A stretch of 35,708 bases of DNA from Candidatus Fermentithermobacillaceae bacterium UBA3907. Lineage in GTDB: Bacteria > Bacillota > Sulfobacillia > Fermentithermobacillales > Fermentithermobacillaceae. A program made the translations under genes and the position numbers. How positions within the stretch are numbered: position 1 is the stretch's first letter; each line of letters opens with the position of its first letter. Below the pieces are notes generated by a model that was given only the letters and a program-made list of their open reading frames with translations, searched no databases and was not told the origin of the DNA. The stretch lies in contig DGFF01000024.1 of the NCBI GenBank assembly GCA_002391545.1, positions 1-35,708 on the forward strand, in the 5' to 3' direction. Below are positions 17,086-25,294 of the stretch, piece after piece.

Positions 17086-19731
17086 TTGGGCAGGCTAAGC
17101 AAAAACAACGAATTCGAGCACCTGAAAGGCGAAGTATCTGTGGCTGTCTCAGAGGAACTTGAAGCGGCAAAGAGCGAAGGAGGCCGTGCGTCTTTCCTTT
17201 TTAACGGGAGGTTCCTTCAACAGTACGGAGACGATTATCTATACGCGTTTTCCACCGATGAGGAACTGAAAATACCAGATGGAAGCGACGTCTTACTTGA
17301 GTCAGAGACTGCCAAGTTAAAAGCCGTCCTTGTCGGAAACGAAGGGTTTACAGTTTGGCTCACAGTTGGTCAGCAGATATCTTCAGAAGCCGATTGGACT
17401 ATATCGTCAAATCCTTGGTTTCTCCTCGAGCAACTGCAAAGACACGTCGAGACTGCTTCGTATTCGCCTATAGCAGATGAACTGTTTTTTGGCAGAAAGA
17501 AGCGCACTAGAATACCTCAGATGCATACAGTAGATACCTTAGTCGGTAGCTTAAAAGATCAGCCTGTTGTTCTTGTATGGGGTCCGCCAGGAACAGGGAA
17601 GACCCAATTTGTAGCCAGATATACACAAAAACTCGTCCAACAGGGTGAAAAAGTCTTGGTTATGTCAGTTAGCAATATTGCAGTAGATAACGCAACCACT
17701 AGGATCGACCAATTATCTGAGCCCGGCAGTTCTCTGCGAGTTGTGCGTTACGGTTATCCCCATGACCAGGATTTAATGAAAGACCATACTCTCGTTGCTC
17801 ACTTGATCGCCAGGGCGCGCCATCCTGATTTACTTGAAGAGAGGAATGCCTTAGTGGCGCAACGCAGAGAATTGATGACGGAACCCGACAGAATCGATCC
17901 AGAACGATTCACTTCGGAACTAGATAGGCTTACTGAAGAAATTAAAGCCATCGACGATCTTTTGGCTGAAGAGGAAATACAAATTGCACGTTCTGCTGAT
18001 GTGCTTCTAACTACTCTAGCGAAGGGCACGTTGGCCAATTTTATTGTTCCTGCCTACGCAAACCTTTCTTATGACTTGTATGACACAGTCATACTCGACG
18101 AAGCTAGCATGATCAATTTAGCTTATATGTTTTGGAGTTCAACCCTTCCTAAGAAACGCCTGGTCGTAGTAGGCGACTTTAGACAACTTCCTCCTGTATC
18201 CCGTGGCGAATCTGAGAGCGTGAAGAAGTACATGCAGACAGACATTTTCGAGTTTCTAGACATACCGGATATTGTGGATTCAGGAGAATGGGAAACGCGC
18301 CTTCACATCTTATGCGAGCAGCATCGAATGAACCCTTCTATTTCGGCTTTGGTAAGCGGGCCTGTCTACGGAGGCCTTTTGAAAGATGGCTCGGGAGTAA
18401 AAAATCGAAAAGAGGGCAGGTACGATCCATGTCCAGATTGCCCTGCTCTCCTTGTAGATACTTCAAGTTTGGAGCCTTTCTGTTTGATAGACCCATCTAA
18501 AAAATCCAGATCAAGATTTAACGTATGCCATGCTATGCTAGACATTCTTTTGGCTGAGATGACTGGCAGCGACTCTATAGGAATTATCACCCCTTACGTG
18601 CTCCAAGGCAGGATAGCAAACCGACTCGTCGTTGAAGAGGGGCTTAACGATAGCATCGCCTGCTCTACAGTGCATAGATTTCAAGGTTCAGAACGCCGGG
18701 TTGTGATTCTAGACACAGTAGACTCAAGCGGAGTCCCTCGAGCAGGCATGCTAATCAAAGGGGGACATGGGACTTCTGCCATGAGGCTTCTCAATGTTGC
18801 CATAACCAGGGCAATGGAGAAACTGATCATAGTGGCAAACAAGAAATGGTTAGCACCAAAGCTTGATGGCACTAACGTACTGCGCGAGGCATTTAAGGTG
18901 CTTCCGACAATAGATGTTCTTGACTTATTAAACCAGATACCTGAAATGTTTCAGCCGGTGTTCGGCGACCTGCTCTCTGGCGAAGAGTTTTTGAAAGATG
19001 CATTATGGTCCATCTACTCGGCAGAAAAATCAGTGAGGGTGTTTGCCGATGGAACTAAGTGGATACCTTTTATTCTAGAGGGTCTATACACTCTAAGAAA
19101 GATGAATTCTGCGGGTAAGGATCTTTTTGGTTCGTCACGGGCCATTCAATTCGAGGTCATTCTACATCCAGAGACAGACCCAAAAATAATTGATCCAGGA
19201 GTTTTAGACCGAAAATTACGTGAAGTATCTCATGAGTCAAGGATCAAAAATTCTAGCCTTGGGAGGGTAAACGCAGTCATTGTAGATGGATCAAAAATGT
19301 ATTTGGACCTCTCAAGCCCCAAGAGAACTAAAGGACAAGGTGAGGCTAGAGGTCTGCGAATTCATTTACCCGACACTGTAAGCCTTATAAGCTCGATCCT
19401 TTCGGTTGGAGCGGAGAAATCTGTAGGTGGATTAGCGGAAATTCTTGGGGAGATGAAGTGCCCTGAGTGTGGGCGTAATATGGTGATAAGGAAGGGCCAA
19501 AAAGGGTACTTTCTTGGATGCAGCAAATACCCTAGCTGCAAAGGACAGATGTCTATCGAAGTAGAATTGGTCCAGTCCTATTTGGACTACAAGCGTGAGG
19601 TGGGCAAGGGCCTCAACTGCCCTCGGTGCAACTCTCCTATGAAAGCAAAGAAAGGGAAGTACGGTGTGTTCTTATCGTGCTCCTCGTACCCGCACTGCAA
19701 ATGCACTCAGAAAATAGATGTAATACTGTGA
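17086..19731 (+). CDS. SF1B (UPF1/DNA2-like) helicase with degenerate PLD-like domain and two topoisomerase-type C4 Zn ribbons
   Basis: GPPGTGKT, DEAS, GDFRQLPP, QHRM, IITPY, TVHRFQGSE, RLLNVAITRA; C-terminal CPEC..FLGCSKYPSC and CPRC..FLSCSSYPHC; GGAG RBS before TTG. Confidence 0.88.
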   Translation: MGRLSKNNEFEHLKGEVSVAVSEELEAAKSEGGRASFLFNGRFLQQYGDDYLYAFSTDEELKIPDGSDVLLESETAKLKAVLVGNEGFTVWLTVGQQISSEADWTISSNPWFLLEQLQRHVETASYSPIADELFFGRKKRTRIPQMHTVDTLVGSLKDQPVVLVWGPPGTGKTQFVARYTQKLVQQGEKVLVMSVSNIAVDNATTRIDQLSEPGSSLRVVRYGYPHDQDLMKDHTLVAHLIARARHPDLLEERNALVAQRRELMTEPDRIDPERFTSELDRLTEEIKAIDDLLAEEEIQIARSADVLLTTLAKGTLANFIVPAYANLSYDLYDTVILDEASMINLAYMFWSSTLPKKRLVVVGDFRQLPPVSRGESESVKKYMQTDIFEFLDIPDIVDSGEWETRLHILCEQHRMNPSISALVSGPVYGGLLKDGSGVKNRKEGRYDPCPDCPALLVDTSSLEPFCLIDPSKKSRSRFNVCHAMLDILLAEMTGSDSIGIITPYVLQGRIANRLVVEEGLNDSIACSTVHRFQGSERRVVILDTVDSSGVPRAGMLIKGGHGTSAMRLLNVAITRAMEKLIIVANKKWLAPKLDGTNVLREAFKVLPTIDVLDLLNQIPEMFQPVFGDLLSGEEFLKDALWSIYSAEKSVRVFADGTKWIPFILEGLYTLRKMNSAGKDLFGSSRAIQFEVILHPETDPKIIDPGVLDRKLREVSHESRIKNSSLGRVNAVIVDGSKMYLDLSSPKRTKGQGEARGLRIHLPDTVSLISSILSVGAEKSVGGLAEILGEMKCPECGRNMVIRKGQKGYFLGCSKYPSCKGQMSIEVELVQSYLDYKREVGKGLNCPRCNSPMKAKKGKYGVFLSCSSYPHCKCTQKIDVIL

Positions 19732-19824
19732 CGAACATCAGATAAACTGCTTATACTGCGCATATCATAATGACAGCAGTTACTCAATTGCCAAGGTGTG
19801 GTGATCCAAATCAAACTGGCAATC

Positions 19825-22107
19825 CTACATACCTACACTCGCCTTTAAATCTGCTAGATAGTCCTCGTCTAGCGCGTTGAACACAATCTCAATGGCTCTT
19901 TTGACCTCGTGGGTAGGTGGCAGTTGAATCGTTCGTGATATATTCTCACCATGAGACCATTCATCTGCTACCTTCTGCACCAAGATTCTTTCTTTTCTTG
20001 CCTCCTCGCCAGGGATCATCTTCTCTAATCCGTCTTTTAGTCTAGGTTTGCAGGATGGGTATCTGAGCCTGATATAGGTTTCTAAAAAACGTCGTAGTAT
20101 GTTGGGTGTAGTATATAGTTTATAATCATCGATATCAGATTGATCTTGGTCAAATTTGGCGAGGTGATAAAACAGGTACTGGTATTCGGAGTCAAATTTG
20201 CATAGCACACAATCTAGATCCTTCAACCGAGCATTGTCTGCGTTACGTTCTATCTGAAAAAGATTGGTTTTGCAGTTACCTTTGCCTGTTTTACCGAAGT
20301 TGCATTCCCTGGTTACACTGTAGGGTTTGAATTTCCCTTTAAGCAAGCGAAAAAACTCGAAATTATGAGTAGAGACGAACAACTGTTTGCACCGGCTTTT
20401 CAGCGTAGCGCAGATGAGTGCAAATGTATAGTGTATATGGTTGCTGTCTAGGCTTGATACAGGATCATCTATAAAGACTATCGTGTCTTTTAGATGTTCT
20501 TTCATGTCTTTACCCTCGAGGGAGGTGAGAAAGTACGCGAATGCAATTGCGGTTTTTTCGCCTTCGCTTAGGTTGGTTGCTTCTTTTCCATGGCGCAAGA
20601 TTTGGAACTTGTCTTGTCCGTCTACCTGTTTTGTCTTTATCTCGATTGGGGTATCGGGGCCAAAGTAGTGTTCCAGGTAGTGGTTCAGGGTTTCGGCACC
20701 TTTGATTGTGTCTGAGAGCTGCTTTTTTAACTCTTCCCTTTTCTTTTCTAATTCCTTAATGTGTTCGCCTAACTGTTTGATACATTCTTTCATATCCTTG
20801 ATTTCTGTTTTCTCAGCCTCATATTGTTGGGAGTTGTAAAATTCTGCTGCGTAGTGCTTTTTTAGTCTATCTATGCTATCTTCTTTCATCGTTTCGAATT
20901 CATTTCTTATTTTGTTGTGTTCTTCGAATAACTCGTTAATTGCCTTAACAAGTTCCTCCATTTTGCCCATAACATGCAAGACAGAATCACAGTCCGAAGG
21001 ATCCATATCCATGCTTTTCGAGAGGCTTTCTAATTTCCTACTTGTGTATCCAACCAATTGATCAATAGCCTCATTATAGGTTTTGATTGTTTCTTTCAGA
21101 TTATTCCTGATCTCAACATATTGTTTCTGCAATCCACTGTAGATACCGTCCTTGCTTCCAAATTCCGGGGACAGTTTTGCACCCTCAAGTTTGCGTTTGT
21201 GTTCTAAAACTTCATTTCTGAAGCGTTCGTAGTCCTCCGAGAAATGAGCATCTAGTTGTTCAAGAAAATCGGGGGGTAAGTCACTCTGGCAGAACTGGCA
21301 TTTTGTTTGATTGACATGAAGTTCGCGTCCTTTTCTTACCCAATTCTCGAGATCAGGATTATCTTTGAGCCTTTCAATAGATTGTGACGGAGTTACGACC
21401 TTCTGCAAGATGTCTCGGGTATCACTTAGTATGTCTGTATCTAAAGGCAGATTCAGGCTACTAAGAGGCTCTTCTGGCATGGGTGCCCCTAAATAGTGTT
21501 CTGCTTTTTTTCGCTCATCACTAGACAGTTCCCAATTAGCTATGTTTGGGTTGTCTAATAGACTCCTTACTTGCGTCCTTGTGAAGTTTCGACCTAGAGA
21601 CAGTTTATCTGTCATTGTTCTTGCCTGTTCAGTTAGAGCAACGTCCAAGGCGCCTTTAAGGTCGTCATGTTTGCCTTGGGCAGTACTTAGTTTCTGCGTA
21701 TTATCATCTTTTTCCGTGGTTAACTTTTCAAGTGTCTTTTCAAGCTCGATATTCTTTTCACCTAGCACCAAGATAGGCGATATTTCCCTATATTTCTGCT
21801 CCCAAAGAAGATTGTCTCTGACGTAATCTGTGTTGAAAACCCTGATCTTTAACGGGTGAGGTTTCACATCGGTTTCCTTTATCGTATGGTCTTTTTCTAG
21901 GACTATTGTGAATTTGCCGTCTTGATAGTCATCATGAAGTTTGCCCTGTTCTAGTGAACTGAATATCCTAGATAGTGTCGTTTTGCCTGAATAATTCCAA
22001 CCAAAAATGATGTTGTGTTTGCCAAACTCTTCTGGTTTGTTCTCACTTGACTTGTAGTCTGAGAAGATCCCAAAGTTCTCGATTTTGTCAATTCGCTTGA
22101 CTGTCAT
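19825..22107 (-). CDS. RloC-like AAA_13/SMC-type ABC ATPase with zinc hook and C-terminal HEPN-like domain
   Basis: Walker A GWNYSGKT, coiled coils around CQFC, LSEGE signature, IDDPVSSLD, STHN, then NILRRFLE..KVADEWSH. ATG 22107 after GGGGAGG. Confidence 0.82.
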   Translation of the reverse strand: MTVKRIDKIENFGIFSDYKSSENKPEEFGKHNIIFGWNYSGKTTLSRIFSSLEQGKLHDDYQDGKFTIVLEKDHTIKETDVKPHPLKIRVFNTDYVRDNLLWEQKYREISPILVLGEKNIELEKTLEKLTTEKDDNTQKLSTAQGKHDDLKGALDVALTEQARTMTDKLSLGRNFTRTQVRSLLDNPNIANWELSSDERKKAEHYLGAPMPEEPLSSLNLPLDTDILSDTRDILQKVVTPSQSIERLKDNPDLENWVRKGRELHVNQTKCQFCQSDLPPDFLEQLDAHFSEDYERFRNEVLEHKRKLEGAKLSPEFGSKDGIYSGLQKQYVEIRNNLKETIKTYNEAIDQLVGYTSRKLESLSKSMDMDPSDCDSVLHVMGKMEELVKAINELFEEHNKIRNEFETMKEDSIDRLKKHYAAEFYNSQQYEAEKTEIKDMKECIKQLGEHIKELEKKREELKKQLSDTIKGAETLNHYLEHYFGPDTPIEIKTKQVDGQDKFQILRHGKEATNLSEGEKTAIAFAYFLTSLEGKDMKEHLKDTIVFIDDPVSSLDSNHIHYTFALICATLKSRCKQLFVSTHNFEFFRLLKGKFKPYSVTRECNFGKTGKGNCKTNLFQIERNADNARLKDLDCVLCKFDSEYQYLFYHLAKFDQDQSDIDDYKLYTTPNILRRFLETYIRLRYPSCKPRLKDGLEKMIPGEEARKERILVQKVADEWSHGENISRTIQLPPTHEVKRAIEIVFNALDEDYLADLKASVGM

Positions 22108-22281
22108 TTTGTTCCTCCCCTTCAAAGGTACAGACGGGATTCTAGATAGGCTAACATGTTAGGAGCATGCAAAGATAGTTTTGGTGTACGCTAAATATAT
22201 GCGCGGCAGACGGTTCTACAAAGAATGTTCTAATGTTCCCTTACAAGGATAACCGAGTCAGCAGCGAATCGCAATTCGGAA

Positions 22282-22310
22282 GAAGCATGAGAGACGCGGG
22301 GTTTTGCTTC
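22282..22310. repeat. Degenerate REP-like repeat copy 3
   Basis: GAAGCATGAGAGACGCGGGGTTTTGCTTC: same length, 22/29 matches to copy 1 by eye, GAAGCA/TGCTTC stem and central GAC retained. Confidence 0.65.
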
Positions 22311-22587
22311 AACGCTAGTTTGCGTGCTGACCTCGCACTAGAAACACTGAGAACTATAGATCGGATTGCCTCTGCCCATGGCGACTGCGTTTCTGGCTAC
22401 ACTGCAAGCTCAGATCCCGCACATGTGTAGGTTTTCCCCTCTTAGTTGTTTGTAGAGTTCAGAGCGGGGGTTCTGCGGTGAGAGTAGATAGCGCGCCTGG
22501 CTCTGAACGCAAAACATCAACAACCTCGACTTACTTCGTTGTTGCAGTTATACAGATATCAATTACATAGACAAGCAGAGTCCTACC

Positions 22588-23460
22588 TTAGACGTGCCTG
22601 AGGATATTCTCCCATGATTTAGGAAAACCTATACGTTCTATATCTACCACACTATATTGCCCAATTAGAACTGCAAGATTAGTAACAAAGCGGTTCCATT
22701 CATCCTTATCCATCAGCAATCTGCCCATAACACAGATATTGGCAAATAGGGTGTCATTACGTATCTGCAGTTTATTATCTGATTTGAATAATTTTGGAGT
22801 GATAACTGACTTTTGGTTATATAATCTACCGTAATGAGCACATGTATTCCTTAGATACGAGAGCGAATACAGCCAGCTGCGAACATAATCGCCTCTTGTG
22901 TTGTAGTATTCGTTAGCTATTTTATCTTGGTCTTTATCCATTAGATTGCTGTACATTTTGGACAGAACCCCAAAAGTCGTTAATTCGATAACAACCCAAA
23001 TAGGAAATTCGCCGTCGTATTTCTTTCTGTGATGTTCTACAAACGCCTCATTGCTTCGGTTGATCCCATTTTCAAAATCTCGCAGCATATCTGCATGGTA
23101 TTTCTCATTCTTGAAATTCTTGTGATCTTTATAACCTAACGCGCCGTACTGGCGAGCAATCAAATATGATATGTGAGTCCTAAATGCAATTTCTATGTCT
23201 TCTAGCAAGGAAGAAATGAGATTTCGAAGTTCCTTGTCGAACAGGTAAAGGGCATACACATCGTGGATAGAGGCACTGCCATATCGTTCCTCCTCTTTAT
23301 ATGTGAGGATATACCCGGTAAGGCGGTAATAATTAATTCTCTGCAATATATTGATTGCTTCTTCTTCGTTAGGAATGAGGAGATTCCTTGATTTGAGAAG
23401 TTCAATTTGTTCTTTGAATGTAGTTGGCTTGTTTATGTCCTTACCTTTTATGCTCTCCAT
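22588..23460 (-). CDS. Abi_2 (AbiD/AbiF) family HEPN abortive-infection protein
   Basis: KPTTFKEQIELLKSRNL, INYYRLTGY, LYLFDKELR, IEIAFR, PIWV, HEPN motif RNTCAH. Start placed at ATG 23460 because the upstream frame extension crosses the leader hairpin and promoter. Confidence 0.9.
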   Translation of the reverse strand: MESIKGKDINKPTTFKEQIELLKSRNLLIPNEEEAINILQRINYYRLTGYILTYKEEERYGSASIHDVYALYLFDKELRNLISSLLEDIEIAFRTHISYLIARQYGALGYKDHKNFKNEKYHADMLRDFENGINRSNEAFVEHHRKKYDGEFPIWVVIELTTFGVLSKMYSNLMDKDQDKIANEYYNTRGDYVRSWLYSLSYLRNTCAHYGRLYNQKSVITPKLFKSDNKLQIRNDTLFANICVMGRLLMDKDEWNRFVTNLAVLIGQYSVVDIERIGFPKSWENILRHV

Positions 23461-23469
23461 AAGAGGGTT

Positions 23470-23532
23470 CCACCAAGTAAAAGTCTCACCCCGGTTCCCC
23501 ATGGAATAGGGAACCTGGTGAGCTCTATCATT
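23470..23532 (-). ncRNA. Candidate abi leader RNA / RNA antitoxin hairpin
   Basis: Minus strand CTCACCAGGTTCCC-TATTCCATG-GGGAACCGGGGTGAG followed by ACTTTTACTT, between the promoter and the abi start codon. Confidence 0.55.
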
Positions 23533-23535
23533 ATT

Positions 23536-23564
23536 TTTGTACATCGAAATTGTGGTTTTGTCAA
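23536..23564 (-). promoter_or_regulatory. Putative sigmaA promoter for the abi locus
   Basis: Minus strand TTGACA (23564-23559), 17-nt spacer, TACAAA (23541-23536). Confidence 0.6.
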
Positions 23565-23634
23565 GATAGGTTGATCATATTTGTAATCGGACAATGATAT
23601 TGTCACCGTGAAACGGGACCGAGAAAATGTCACC

Positions 23635-24971
23635 ATGAGAGAAAGAGAGAACATTTTTTTGAGCGCAAAAGAAGCAAGAAGAGTTTTCGTTATGGAAGAA
23701 GTAGTTGAAGGGAGGATAACAGTAAGAGAAGCAGCAGCATATTTGAACATTAGCGAGCGATAGGTGAAAAGGTTAAAGAACGGGATGAAAGAAAAAAGTG
23801 TTCTAGCCCTAGTTCATGGCAACAGAGGTAGAACACCCAAACACGCCATATCTAAAGATATCAAAGATATGGTCGCTTTGCTAGCTCAAAATGAATACAA
23901 AGGCGCAAGTTGTCAGCACATGCCAGAATTGTTGGCTGAGCAAAGAGGGATACATATATCGAGCAAGTCCGTAAGCAGGATACTTAAATAAAGAGGTATT
24001 TTGAACCCATACTCGCATAAGTGTGGTTCTCCCAGGAAGAGCAGGACTAGAGCTCCAAAGGAAGGGATGCTGGTACAGTTAGATGCCAGTCCTTTTGATT
24101 GGTTTGAGGGTCGAGGACCAAAACTTGAACTTCATGGGGCAATAGACGATGTCACAAGCAAAGTTCTGGCCCTTTACTTCCGCCCTAATGAGGACCTAAG
24201 AGGATACTTAGAAGTTTTGGAACGAATGACTGCGGATTACGGGATTCCAAGAGCAGTATATACAGATGGTCACACCATATTCTTCTCCCCCAAGAAAGAC
24301 AAACTAACCATAGAAGAAGAACTGGCAGGAAAGCAAGTGGCGCTAACGCAACTAGGCAGGGTATTTGAGGAGTTGGGTGTATCACATATACATGCGCGTT
24401 CACCGCAGGCTAAGGGGCGCATAGAAAGACTTTGGGAAACCCTACAAGGACGCCTGATGGTAGAGATGAGGATAGAAGGCATATCTAGCATTGAAGAGGC
24501 AAACGAATTCCTTCCAGGATTCATCGAGAAGTACAACAAACAATTTGCTGTGGAACCTGCCGATCCGGAATCTGCTTTCGCTGCGCCCATGGCTAAGGGA
24601 AAAATGGAGTCCATAATATGCCTTAGGGAAGAGCGCACAGCCACTGGCTCAACCATCTCCTACTATGGCCAAAAGTACCAGTTAGTTGATGAGAAAGGTA
24701 ACATACTGTCATTGCCATCCAACATTTAGATGACTCAATAGATGCAATGTATCGGGGGAAAAGATATGGTCTTTGTGAATTTAACCCTGCTCCCAAACCG
24801 GAAATAAAACTCGAGGCAAGAGAGAAGCAACAAGTAAGCCGTAAACCTAACCCAGACAATCCTTGGTTGAATTTCAAGCTACCTCCTAAGGTTGATGACC
24901 CCGTAGAACAGTATTTTGAAAAGAGAAACTGGAGGCTGAGGCAAATCCATCAAAACTACAAAGAAGATTAA
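23635..24971 (+). pseudogene. DDE (ISNCY/IS1202-type) transposase pseudogene
   Basis: HTH N-terminus (TVREAAAYLNISER), HGNRG, VQLDAS, AIDD, YTD, SPQAKGRIERLWETLQGRL. In-frame stops at 23761-23763 and 23989-23991 and a frameshift near 24720. Confidence 0.9.
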
Positions 24972-24976
24972 CAATT

Positions 24977-25003
24977 ATGTTGGCGGCAATTCGCCGCCAA
25001 CAT
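24977..25003. terminator. Hairpin after the transposase, inside the IS
   Basis: ATGTTGGCGGC-aattc-GCCGCCAACAT, 11-bp stem; weak U tract. Confidence 0.5.
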
Positions 25004-25078
25004 TCACAAAAAGAAGGTGACATTTTCTCAGTCCAATTTGACCTAGTTTAGGGTGACAAAATCACTGTCCGTTGACAG

Positions 25079-25216
25079 GGGCTCATGATAGAAAGCTACA
25101 TTGAGCAGGGCAACCAAGATGTGCATGGGGGCGTCTATGGAAAATCAATTACTGATCCTTGTTTAGGATGGAAAGAATCTGAATACCTCATCTATACGAT
25201 TGCAGAATATGTTTAA
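25079..25216 (+). pseudogene. aroG: 3' remnant (45 codons) of a class I-alpha DAHP synthase (AroG/AroF/AroH type)
   Basis: Translates GLMIESYIEQGNQDVHGGVYGKSITDPCLGWKESEYLIYTIAEYV*; begins 1 nt after the IS right end; not in the ORF track. Confidence 0.85.
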
Positions 25217-25294
25217 ACACTTTGCGGAGGATAGCTCATTGAAGCGATAGTGCTACATGATCGCTATATGCACATAAGAAAGGTTGGTGGGAGT

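Larger units (their letters stand above)
23582..25077 (+). mobile_element. IS1202/ISNCY-type insertion sequence, decayed (1496 bp)
   Basis: TGT...ACA ends. Left TGTAATCGGACAATGATATTGTCACC versus right (reverse complement) TGTCAACGGACAGTGATTTTGTCACC; second internal GAGAAAATGTCACC site at both ends. No target-site duplication visible. Confidence 0.88.

Noticed and set aside
23461-23544. N-terminal extension of the Abi ORF to 23544
   Set aside because: Overlaps the predicted -10 and the leader hairpin; family-like sequence begins after ATG 23460.
23761-23991. Programmed stop-codon readthrough or recoding in the transposase
   Set aside because: Two different stops plus a frameshift indicate decay, and intact genes in the window use TAG, TAA and TGA as normal stops.
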